DNA of 63,780 bases, the filler included, from Bigelowiella natans CCMP2755 (lineage: Eukaryota > Protista > Cercozoa), in assembly GCA_000320545.1 (NCBI GenBank). It is 7 parts of 7 records of this genome, joined end to end, with 100 filler letters (N's around TTAATTAATTAA, not from the genome) between each part and the next. Parts side by side here need not be neighbours in the genome. Positions count along the whole stretch, not along the records: positions 39,027 to 56,575 come from ADNK01002501.1; positions 56,676 to 61,349 come from ADNK01002027.1; positions 61,450 to 62,516 come from ADNK01002084.1; positions 62,617 to 63,780 come from ADNK01003138.1; 3 more parts are not named here. One strand, 5' to 3'. Shown in pieces: positions 52,916-63,780 of this stretch; within the stretch, counting starts at the first letter, position 1; each line of letters begins with the position of its first letter. Position numbers and translations under genes: made by a program. The notes under the pieces were generated by a model. That model ran no database searches. It was not told where the DNA came from and saw only the letters and a list, made by a program, of their open reading frames with translations.

Positions 52916-54619
52916 TCAATTAATGTAATGTCGCTGTTCTCCACTGGGAGATTCAATGCCAAATGCATGCTCAAACCAAAAAGCACGCTTATCGGTGTAG
53001 ATCATAGAACTAGCCTTCGGTGTCTCTGGAGTGTTCTTCCACGGCCTGGTAAACGCCGGAGATACGCTTTGCATGACTACAAGCTCTATTTGTTCACCGC
53101 CCTTCTTGCTCTTGCGCGCCAAAGGGGCGTCTCCCCTCTTGCGCTTTCGAGAGTTCGCAAACTTTTTGAATACCTTCTGCGTTGCTTCGTTCTTCGCGAA
53201 CGAGAGCTGGTTGCACTTCAACCAATCCTGAATTGCAGCGCGCACAGTCTTTTTTGATGGAGCTCGATACTCAAAGAAACTACTTATGGCGTACCTCGTT
53301 GAACTTTCGAAAATATGTTGCGGTACTTGCCCCGCTTGCAAAGCATATGCGCCTTATTGACGGATTTTCTTCACAAAAGCCTAGCATAAAAGAAACTTTG
53401 CGTTGTAGTTTCAATCACGGCTGACACTCTGCACGCATCACCTCTGATGTCGTTCCCGGCCACTGACTTCATTTGTATCTTCGAATCTGCAATTTCGACG
53501 CACAAAGTTCGGCACAGCTCACAAAGTTTTCATGTTCCAGACCGCACGATCAAACCTGTGCTGCCCTCCCTCTCACAGCTTTGCAGTACGTCCCAGAGTG
53601 CGTATCCGGCCTCCATCAGGGCGGAAAGCTGCTCCTCGTAGGTCAAGAAGGGACCCTCCTATTGCAGTGCAGAGGTTGATATTGCGCATGGTTTACAATC
53701 GGGGGCTCTTACGCTTTCCCTCCATTAAACACCACCTTGTATAGAAGGTTGTCTTCGATAAAGCTCGGTACCCTGGTCAAGGTGCCACTCTTCGTTCTCC
53801 AGCCTCCTTCTGGGGCTTTGAAAAAGTGGGGAGGATTGTCGCTGTAAGTTGAAGAAATACGAATACCAAAAGAATGGAGGGAAGAAGCGTTATGAGACCT
53901 TTCCTTCGATGTCCCAGCGCATCCCCGACGATGTGCCAAAACGCGTTGTTATGCTGCATAGGCTCTGTGTTCAGCAAACCTCACCATGGTCTGTAATTGA
54001 ATTCTATTTTCCCTCTTTAGATTATGAATCACGCTATTATTACCGTCGCGAAGTATTGATTATGTCGGAAGGAGTTAATGCTTGGCATCGTTCCACAGAT
54101 TAGTGTGTGCGGCGGCTAATAGATAGATAGCGTAACAATGCGTTCACAAATATTCAAATTTGAACGTTGGAAGGATTTTACAATCATAGACCTTCGTTGA
54201 GTGGACGATAGGTGCGAAGGACACGAGGAAGTCGATGCCATTCTTCCCTATTCTCCTCCCAGACGACGCACGTAGTCTTTTTTTGCTGAAGAAAGTCCGA
54301 TTTATTGGTTTTATGGACATGCTGCCCGCGTGCAATCGATGTTCCAACGAGCATGAAACTTGAAAAAAAGGAATGCGAACATTCGAGGTAGATCATATTC
54401 ACCTCCACACGTCTTGTTATTACCTCGCGAATCGCTTCGACATCGAAAACGCAGCCTGAAATATGCATTTCGCCATGTGATTCAATCATTCTTCGCATTG
54501 GTCGGAACGGTGACTTCTTTCGAGGGGACATTGTTAATGATAGTAGTGAAGCAGCGAACTTGCGAATGCGGTGCTACAGCGCACGCGGCGGCGGCAGCGG
54601 CCGCGGAGCAGAGCAACAT
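52916..54619 (-). CDS. Uracil-DNA glycosylase superfamily, family-6 (hypoxanthine-DNA glycosylase)-like
   Basis: Spliced: [71 protein letters not shown] (PSTSPA-like), KRAFW. Confidence 0.82.
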
Positions 54620-55032
54620 GGCGGGAGGCGATACTCTGGGCACGAGGGCGACCGTGCTCCATTGACCACTGTTTCGAGCGCCTTCCGTTTTCGCTAAAAC
54701 GTGGTCTAAATTCTTGTCGTCGTACTAAAAACGGTGTTATTCGCTGCTTGTCGCGAAGGTAATAAAATATCGCTGCGGAAAAAAAAATGTCGGAACGCGC
54801 TCTCTCCTACTACACAAGTGTGAGGGAACATCTGAAATTTCCGATGATGATTCGTCGTGCTGTTTCGTCGCCTCTTAGCGCGGAAACGAATCCGATTTTA
54901 TTGGTGCGACAATGCGTAAAACCTTGTCGCAAGTGTAAAAATCGGCCCGGTTCCTGTCGATTTCACCCGTCGTCGCTCCCCACCACCTCGATAGCATCGA
55001 GAGCCCGCTGGAAGAGACTGAGTAAGAGACGG

Positions 55033-56081
55033 ATGATGATGCAGCGCCGATTGAGGAGCAATGCAGGCTGGTGCGTATTGATGACATTGCTCTTCGCGAC
55101 ATCGTCGAAGGCGACGAGATGCAGGCAGCCAGCAGCAGCTGGAAACCACCCCGGGCTAGACCGCTCTACCCTAGGGTTAGGCAGCCATTCCGCTCAGAGG
55201 CGAAGAACGGGGGGGGGGACGTTTTCAACGGACTCAAGGGTGCTGAGACGGCTGCGGAGTCAAATGTATCCCCTCAGGCACGCTTTGTCGGCGGCCGCAT
55301 CCTCGCAATCGCCAGCCCCTCAAGCCTCGTCGGCGGTCACTTCGGAAGCGAAAGCGGAGGTGAAAGAGCTGCAATCCGCCCCCGCCAAGGAGCACAACGG
55401 GATAGATTTTCGAAAGAAGACCACGAGTACAGCAGGAGCCTACGCTGGCACGATCGGTATTCTATTCATAATCAATGCACGTCTCCAAAGTAGGAGAAGC
55501 CGGACTAATGTCATCCTGTTGAACATAAATGCTGTGATCTGATCATCGCCAATACATCGAGTGGCAAGAAACTCAAATATTGATTGTATATCGTACAGAG
55601 ATGATGGGGTTTACAAATATCGAAGGATACCAAGGTCGTGCTTTTCCAACACTGCCGTTGAGCGACGCTTCTATGATGTGGCGAACCCTCTATTATTCAG
55701 CGCCAACTCTGAGTACCTGTTATCTCGATTTGTAGGCGAGATCTTCTGCAACCGTCACATGAATATGGAGAAAATATCAGCAGTCGGTTTCGACATGGAC
55801 TACACCCTCGCGCTTTACCGGCCTGACACTTTTGAGAACCTAGTCTTCAAAGAAGCTCTCAAGCGGCTCGTCAATAAGAAAGGTACATGGCGACGGCGCG
55901 AATCCACACTTCGAGTAGCAAGGAGTGAATACTTGTAAACACCATGATCAACAGGTTATCCCGAGCACATTACTGAATACGAATACGACCCAACGTACTA
56001 CGTTCGGGGGCTGCACGTGGACAAAAACAGGGGAAACATTCTCAAACTTGACCGGCACAAATACGTTAAGGTGAATATATT

Positions 56082-56158
<77 letters not shown>

Positions 56159-56430
56159 TATATATACCCCTATATATTCTAGGGCATCCTGTCCGAGGTA
56201 TATATCCATGGATAAAGTCATGGCTACTCGGGTCTTGTTTTGGGTCTCCGCGTCACTGCCAGGTATCTGTAGATTTAGCATTAGCTCACCGACGGTCTTC
56301 ATGGAAGAGCTTCCGTCTGCTTGAGCATATTTACATTCTTTCTTAGACACTTGATCCAATAGTCCTAACCTTCTTACTGTGCTTAGGCTTATGAAGGACT
56401 TCCGCATGCTGCCACTATCCCAAAGGGCAG
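55033..56430 (+). CDS. HAD-superfamily 5'-nucleotidase (NT5C2/cN-II-like) with bipartite leader; 3'-truncated
   Basis: IFCNRHMNMEKISAVGFDMDYTLALY (DxD motif I), GYP...YDPTYYVRGLHVDKNRGNILKLDRHKYVK; hydrophobic signal followed by an R/S/A-rich segment. Confidence 0.88.
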
Positions 56431-56575
56431 GTAGTTTCTTGTAATCTCCGTAGCTGTCTTAAACTTTAACCTTGGACATAGCAACTTTGATAGTCCTGTT
56501 AGCCTCTTCGTCATCAATGTGCATACTCCTAACTCCTTATGTCGTCTAGGTCATGGCTTGCTTGGTCTGCCTTGC

Positions 56576-56675
56576 NNNNNNNNNNNNNNNNNNNNNNNNN
56601 NNNNNNNNNNNNNNNNNNNTTAATTAATTAANNNNNNNNNNNNNNNNNNNNNNNNNNNNNNNNNNNNNNNNNNNN
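56576..56675. other. Artificial contig spacer
   Basis: 44 N + TTAATTAATTAA + 44 N. Confidence 0.97.
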
Positions 56676-57250
56676 CCCCCCCCCCCCCCCCCCCCCCCCC
56701 CCCCCTTTTGTACGGAGGGGAAAAACACAACCCCCCCCCCATCGCCCCCCAAAGATTCTACCACCACCACCAAAAAAGCCCGGGTTTCTTTTTCCCCAGC
56801 CCCCCCCCCCCCCCTTCTCCCCCCCAAAAATATCCCCCCCCCCGGCGGCCGCGGGGGGGGGCCCCAGCCCCCAAACAAAATACCCCCCCCCCAAGGAGCC
56901 CGGAAAAACCCCCCCCCCCCCCCCCCCCCCCCCCGGGGGTAAAGCAGCATATACTATCTGACTGGAGGGGGAGGGGGAGGGGGAAGGAATGGGGAATCGT
57001 TCCTCCCGCATCATGCAGAGAGTCAATGCATGTTGGCACTGCCGCCTCCCCCCGCCGCCACGCAGGGGTGAGATTTGGGGGGGGGGAAAAGGGGGGGGAG
57101 GGATTCGCGGGAAAAAAGGCAACCTGGCCATTTATGCTTGTGTATGAACGATTCATCAGGGAACTTCGGTCCGTATATGCTCATCCCCTATCCAAACAAA
57201 AAAGGGGGGTGCAAGGCGAGGGGGGGGGACAAGGCGAATATTAGAGGAGG
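56676..57250. other. Low-quality homopolymer-rich contig end (probable base-calling artefact)
   Basis: Strings of C/G/A runs next to the gap with no coherent coding signal. Confidence 0.65.
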
Positions 57251-57393
57251 AAAGAACGACAATGCACATTATAAGGCAACTCAGCTGTGCTCCTCTCATC
57301 GCCGTTGAGCTCGTTTATCATCACATTCATCGGAGAAGAGTATCATCGCTTATCCGCATTGTTGTTGCTGGTGTTGTTGTTGTTGTTGTTTTA

Positions 57394-59332
57394 CCCCCGT
57401 TCCGTCCCCGTGTGTGATATCTCCGGCCTGGGATACAACAGGTCACACCAATGAATACATGTCGAGAAAACGCTTGAGAGCGCGAACAGTATCATCATCA
57501 TCATCATCATCATCATCCTCATCATCATCGTCGTCGTCTTCTTCTTCTTTGTGTTCTTGCTGCAATGGCGCACGCACCTGTGCCATGAACCCGGGGATTA
57601 TGCGGTGGAAATGATTACCTATGGGGAGCGAGGCTACTGTGTGAACTACTACACATACCGCAAGGTGAGAAGCAGAGGTGTTGGCGGCGGTGGGTCGAAT
57701 GGAAAGTGCTGGGGGGTGCTGCTTACGCGTGCAGTGGCCTACGCTAACCTTTGAAATGCAGCCCATTCCCTAGCTCTCCTGTGCACAGCTTTCGGAAGTT
57801 TTCGGATGTCTGTCCGCACATGGATCAAGGGGAGGGGGGGGGTGGGGGGGGGGGGGGGGGAATCAAAATTTAAAAATAGCTAAGCCAATATAATATAAAA
57901 TACACTGATCTGATCAAACACACATAGAGAGGGGGAGGGGGAGAGAGAAAGGGGATGCTGATGACGTGTGTGTCTGTGTGTGTGTGTGTGTGTATGTGTG
58001 TATACGATTTCATGTCCCGCAGGCGCATGTATGCGTACCATCAAAAATGTGCATCATTATACAATAACGACGAAAGTGCGTTTATTAGGTTGTGAGCTGT
58101 GTGAAATCTGGGGAAATGTTATTTTTCTAACGTCTTTTCTGCTCGCTCACCATAGGAAGCACATCGCGGAACAGCTCAAACACAAGACGACCGCGAAATG
58201 GCTTCAGGGACGCGGCAGGGCGCAACGGATCTTGAATGACAATATGTAGACTTATTGTTAAAAACAGTCTACATTCATCAACATCGTCATCATGATCATC
58301 ATTCTATCCTGACCTCCTCCACCATAATAACCATTGCCCAAATCATTTTCATCACTAAATCATATCTGTCGAAGGATGGCCCTCATCATGCAACGTGACT
58401 GGTGATGAAATCAGAAATGCAATCATATCTGCGACCACTACACTTACTCACACCACTACTAGTAGTAAGAAACAAAGAGACACCCTATATACTCCTACTA
58501 TTACTACTGCTTCTGCTGCTGCCGCTGCTACTACGACTCAATTACCATTTTCCCCCTCAGCCTCCACGTCGAGGAAAACCGCAGGATTCGGTAGCTTCCG
58601 GTACATTTCGATTTGCATCTGAAACTGCCGTCGTTCCTTCTCCTCCGCGAGTCTCGCCGCCTCCTCTTTCTCCTTCTCTTTCTCAGCTTTCTCCTAGAAA
58701 ACCGTATTAAAAAGACATAAAGCTAATTACGAGGAACACGTGGAAAATCTGAAGTGAAGTCGCACGGCTTCCGATAACAGAATCGCTGTGTCTTTAGCCG
58801 TTCGCATATCAATGCAATAGAGCTATCTTCATCGATCTCTTAGGACCAACCTGAGCTTTCTTCCTGATTTCTTCCGCTTTTTTACGAGCCTCCTCGGCCT
58901 CTTTCTTTGCTCGCTCACTGGCTTTTTTTTCCTCCTCTTTCCTGTTTGATGTAAAAGTAGAACCAAAGAGAGGAGACGTTACGTTTCCCCGGGAACATTT
59001 GTCGATGATGTCTGAAACCTGTCTCGCTCCTCCTGCTCCTCGAGCTCCTTTAACATTTTCTTGTACTCCTCAGAATTCACGTCGGGCTCTTCTGGGTCTG
59101 TGTGTATGGATGAATTTGCACCCACAATCGTCAGCACTATGTTCGATTAAGCGAATTGATCCATTGGATTATTCCTATCAATCTACAGAAATCAGTATGC
59201 TCCAACACTCCAGCCCTCACTTCGTGTTAGGATTCATGCGCTCTCACCGTCTTTCTCGTCATCCTCTGAGCCCTTCTCCTCCAGCTCCCATTTCCGGACC
59301 TTGGGCTTCTTTTTCTTCGATTTGAATAGCAT
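57394..59332 (-). CDS. Cyclophilin-type peptidyl-prolyl isomerase with charged coiled-coil N-terminal extension (3' end lost in low-quality sequence)
   Basis: Spliced: PNPAVFLDVE...[59 protein letters not shown]. Confidence 0.9.
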
Positions 59333-59882
59333 CCCTGTTCCTTGCCTACTCCCTGAGTCTGATTCTCCTCTTCGGGGACTGACGTTGGAATGACGGCGGG
59401 GGGGCAGGAAGTGATGATGCGCGACAAATTCTTTCTCGGTAGTAGATAGAAGTTCAGAAATCTGCTCTTCAGAACTTTATTATTTAAAATTGCGGCGAGG
59501 AAGGATATAAGAGAAGAGCTAAAAATGGAAATTGCAGCGGGTTTTAAAGAATATCCCGGTATTTATTTGTAACCATATCCTAACGCAGGATGCTCTGAAC
59601 AAAAATCCATGCAAATATATTGCATCATCTGGCGTTATGCAATACCCCCAACTAAATTGATGCACAAGGGTTTTCGGCATGCGCTTGATATCAGTAATAT
59701 TTACAATGAATATGTCTTTATAAATACGACAAAGAATACAAGCGTATTCTGGACGCGAAAGCTCACATACTTCGGCATATCTGTGCAACAGATGATCTGA
59801 AAGATACTGATCGCCGTTTGTTGCGCAGGATGCTTGTCGCTGTGGATGAACTTGTTTCGTTCGTGATCGGAAGTGAAAAAGA

Positions 59883-61349
59883 ATGTCTTCGACGACTAAC
59901 GGGAGGGGGGCCAGCCCCAGCTCGAGCACTAGCCCCAGCCCCTCTCTGCCCCCCCCAAAAAGCAGGTCTGGGTCGCTCCTAGATCCATATTTCAACACTA
60001 GTCCGTGTATACATTTAGAGGAAAACGTGGATGAACGAAACACACTAATTTCTGGATCTTCGCACGTTTGAAGTGTTGGAAGCTCATCGGCTGCCATTTG
60101 GAGCTCTATTATAGATCGATCTAGCGTGTCAATCGAACTAAGCAAATATGACACGTTCAAATACTCATGAGACAATGTCCTTTTCGTGCCCCTCCTTCTC
60201 TCCCTCCCCCCTACAGTCCAGGCAGTCCTGAAAAAAAAATGTCCAAAAGTACTCTCAAAACATCGCAGACTTTCACTCAGAGCTTCTCATCTTCTTTCTC
60301 CAAGAGCGGTATACAAGGCTCGCAGAATGGCGCTCTATGCTGCTGTTACTCGTCTGCACTTTCATCTCACACACGCCACTCACATTCACGCTAACGCACA
60401 CATGCACACTCACTCACTTCATGCACCTACGCATCTTTTCCGGGAGTAGCTTTGTTTCCTCTCAGTTGCGATAGCATCGTTCGAAATTATTCATTGCTGC
60501 GTGGGAATGAAAGAGCCCCGCATAAATCCTACACCACGCCGCTCATCCTAAGTGCGACATATTGATGATCTAGGGAGGAGCAGCAGTGGAAATGCTAAGC
60601 TCAGTCTGACGCCAACACGAGTTTTTTCCAAGTCTCGGACCGACAAACTCTTCGAGGACCACACACCCAAAACCAGCTACAATCCTGTCCCTCACCATCG
60701 TCGCCGCCCATTTGCCACAAACGGCGATAAGTTCGCATTCGTGATGGTGGGGCTGCCTGCCCGGGGAAAGACCTACATCTCTCAGAAGATCAAGCACTAT
60801 TTTGAGTTCTTTCACTCCGCGCCAACTGCTGTCTTTAATGCCGGACAAGTACCACCAACCCCCCCCCTCCGCCCCCCATTGTGTATTTTGTTGTATAAAT
60901 ACGCAAAGTACACTTATATCTCCCCCTTTCTGAGCATGGTTGATTCGTTCGTCTAAAAGCGTGTCCTTTCTCTCTTCACTGTTCCACACATATACATATG
61001 AGTGAGATTTAACAGGCTCATTATTTCTCTCTCTTCGGTCCATCCCCCTTCCCCTCCCCCCCCCTGCAGACCCGTCGGAAGATGCTAGGCGCTAAGAGCA
61101 TGCACACCTTCTTTGACCCCAAAAACTTAAAGACGAGCAAGCTCAGAGAGGACATCGCAAAGAAGGTATAGTGAGATTTGGTATGTCTTTTCAAGAGTGG
61201 TGCTGCCTCTTGGAGAATAGACGAAATCGACAACTTGGGGAACAACTTCGCGGATGCTAAGCTTTGGTTTCCTCTTCCTCCCCCCCCCCCCCCCTTTTTT
61301 TTCTTGCTTAGACGATGGAGAATCTAATCAGCTGGCTGCGGGAGGACAA
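59883..61349 (+). CDS. PFKFB: 6-phosphofructo-2-kinase/fructose-2,6-bisphosphatase, N-terminal part
   Basis: AFVMVGLPARGKTYISQKIKHYFEFFH..TAVFNAGQTRR...FFDPKN...LREDIA...LISWL after a Ser/Pro-rich N-terminal extension. Confidence 0.88.
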
Positions 61350-61449
61350 NNNNNNNNNNNNNNNNNNNNNNNNNNNNNNNNNNNNNNNNNNNNTTAATTA
61401 ATTAANNNNNNNNNNNNNNNNNNNNNNNNNNNNNNNNNNNNNNNNNNNN
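61350..61449. other. Artificial contig spacer
   Basis: 44 N + TTAATTAATTAA + 44 N. Confidence 0.97.
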
Positions 61450-61451
61450 GA

Positions 61452-61501
<50 letters not shown>

Positions 61502-61736
61502 AGAAAGAGAGAATAAGAACATTAGCGTTAACTCTAAGGGCATTTCTCTATCCTTCCCTCCCCCCCCCCTCATACTCTTTCTTGGGTGGTTAGGCGAGTG
61601 CGCGCTGATGCTGTGATTGGATCTTCGTAGGAATGCATGCAGCATCGTCGAGTCGGAGTAACACAAAATCGAAACACAAAACAAGCATAGGATGTGTACG
61701 TAGCAGCGAGGGTCTATTGCTATCGGCAGTATTACT

Positions 61737-62001
61737 CGCGAGCGGCAGCTCGAATCGGCGTTTGGTTTTTAGATGGAAGAAGAGCTCCCCCCCCCGGTAG
61801 AAGTCCAGCACGAAGTACAGCTTTTCGCTCGTCTGGAATGCGAAGCGAAGGTTCATCAAGAAAGGGTGCTGCAGGGACTGCAGGATCTTCCTCTCTGCCT
61901 TTGTGTGCTCCACCTAAGGCACGAATGTTCATTCGTTAGGCAGGAGGGAGGGGCAGGAGGGAGAGACCAAAGAATAATAACGTTGTCCCAACGACATGAT
62001 G

Positions 62002-62033
<32 letters not shown>

Positions 62034-62516
62034 GATGGGGTTAGATATTGCAGAAAAGGACGGGCTGAGCGACATGTGCGTGCGTGCGTGCGTGTGTGTG
62101 TGTGTTTTTTTTGTTTGTGCATGGGCAACAGCAATGGACCTGATCGCGCTTAATAATCGCTGATTTCTTGAGAATCTTCATTGCATACACCTTCTTATCG
62201 GCTTTCCTTCTCACCTGCATCACCTTTCCAAAAGACCCTCGACCAAGCCCCTTAAGCAGCTCGAAGTCGGTTGCGGAAACCTTCACCGACACAGACACAC
62301 ACACGCACACACACAGGGGGGGGGGGGGGAGAGAGAGAGAGAGAGAGAGGAAGAGAGAGAGAGAGAAAGTAACACAACCTTATTAGTACAAATGCATCTG
62401 CTTCAGCTACGAACCCTGGCCTCTCTTCATCGCCAATCTCTCACGCCGCTGTACCTTGTCTGTGCCGTCAATCATCTGCGTTGTCTTCGTGCTTTTCGAC
62501 TTTGCCTGATCTTCGT
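61737..62516 (-). CDS. AGC-family Ser/Thr kinase (PKB/SGK/S6K-like), internal fragment
   Basis: [19 protein letters not shown]...[56 protein letters not shown]. Confidence 0.9.
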
Positions 62517-62616
62517 NNNNNNNNNNNNNNNNNNNNNNNNNNNNNNNNNNNNNNNNNNNNTTAATTAATTAANNNNNNNNNNNNNNNNNNNNNNNNNNNN
62601 NNNNNNNNNNNNNNNN
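62517..62616. other. Artificial contig spacer
   Basis: 44 N + TTAATTAATTAA + 44 N. Confidence 0.97.
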
Positions 62617-62692
62617 GGATGTTTTCCAGAAAGGATGAGCATGATGCTAGAGGCAGAGCTGTGATCTCATGAGGAAGAAGCTGCTGTCCAAC

Positions 62693-62969
62693 CTTGTCCC
62701 CGAAGTACCCTCCAAGTAGCGACCCTAACACGCCCGAGAACATCGGCAGCCAGCTCATCCACGCTGCTATTACTTCCGTGCTCACGCTGACTCGAAAGGA
62801 AACAACGACGATGACGATGATGATGACGATAACAATGACGGAGACCAGTTGTTGTTGTTGTTGTTGTTGTTGTTGTTGCACAGGTGCTAGGGATGTGTGG
62901 AGGAGCGTCTCATTTCTGGTATTAGCCGTGCACGTATGTTTCACTGTGGATAATACCCCAAAAGCGTGT

Positions 62970-63012
<43 letters not shown>

Positions 63013-63646
63013 GTGTGTGTGTGTGTGTGTGTGGTTGTATATAGTTGTGAGTGACTCTGCAAAGAATCGATATTCCGAATTTAGCTCCTCACAATGATTA
63101 TACCTCCTCCTCCTCCTCCTCCTCCTCCTCCTCCTCCTCATCCTCATCATCATCATCATCATCATCATCAATCATCACTCTAAAGACCCCTTGATCGAGG
63201 CATCATAAATGCAGCTAATTCACATCCGTCGATCCCCCACCCTGCGATTTGTAGTAGGAAACCATATTGTAGCCCCAAATGTTGCCTGTCGGTCGAGCGG
63301 CAAGGGAGGGGGAGGGGGGCGGAGTGGAAGAGAGGCGATGAAGGAGAAGAGAGCGGCCGAGAGAAAAGCCGGAAAGTAGCGAACAGTGGGGAAAGAGAAG
63401 GATGTTTGTTTATCTTTATAAAAATAATAAGTGTTGATGTAGATTCATTAACAACAAAATCCAAAAAACCCCGAGCAAAAGCACCGCCCCCCCTATATGC
63501 GCCACAAAACGAGGGATCCAACGCATTTCGATCTGAATCTTCTCCAAAGGAAAAGGCGCAGCAGAGGGGATGACAGTATCTCTTCTAACCTCCCGCCATC
63601 CTCACGGAGCACCCAATGCATAGAAGCAGGAGGCCAGGAGAGTTGA
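62693..63646 (-). CDS. MFS transporter (spinster-like), internal fragment
   Basis: Exons: LLLLCIGCSVRMAG, GNIWGYNMVSYYKSQ, IAAWMSWLPMFSGVLGSLLGGYFGDK. Confidence 0.65.
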
Positions 63647-63780
63647 TCTAAGAATATAGGGGGGGGGGGGAGGGCGGGGGATGAAGGAACGTTGGTAGGA
63701 CAAGTATATTCGGTCAACACTTATTATTTTAATTAAGATAAACAAACATCCTTCTCTTTCGATACGTTAAGTAGGGATGA

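Noticed and set aside
56676-57250. G/C-run region as a G-quadruplex array or Pro/Gly-rich ORFs
   Set aside because: Lies at a contig end and looks like degraded base calls.
57551-57754. Plus-strand ORF WRTHLCHEPGDYAVEMITYG...
   Set aside because: It is antisense to a clear cyclophilin exon ([11 protein letters not shown]).
59519-60175. 218-aa minus-strand ORF
   Set aside because: Overlaps the first PFKFB exon and the divergent promoter, with no recognisable motif.

Overview
Eukaryotic (protist) nuclear DNA. The window is not one continuous locus: seven contigs are joined by six artificial 100-bp spacers (44 N + TTAATTAATTAA + 44 N). Genes are intron-rich, almost all introns are GT-AG, and many carry microsatellites. 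Two genes have signal + transit (bipartite) leaders, suggesting an alga with a secondary plastid (chlorarachniophyte-like; tentative). Contig 1: 3' end of a Ty3/gypsy LTR retrotransposon (integrase with a C-terminal degenerate Dam-like adenine-methyltransferase domain, PPT, complete 3' LTR), a bacterial-type YabN (tetrapyrrole methylase + MazG remnant) gene and an ISWI ATPase. Contig 2: BT1 transporter, coiled-coil protein, secreted protein resembling an uncharacterised predatory-bacterial family, DSC3/DUF2407-like UBL protein and a protein with three SH3-like repeats. Contig 3: PPR-like fragment, USP, ADAT2 and a hypothetical gene. Contig 4: EF-hand protein, a hypothetical gene, complete POLD1 (23 exons), UDG family-6 glycosylase and an NT5C2-type nucleotidase. 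Contig 5: cyclophilin and PFKFB. Contig 6: AGC kinase fragment. Contig 7: MFS transporter fragment. Two architectural patterns stand out: neighbouring host genes strictly alternate strands, and tail-to-tail gaps form compositionally distinct CTAG/TGCA/CATG-rich islands, with the retrotransposon ending at one such tract. All family assignments come from motif recognition by eye; no searches were run.
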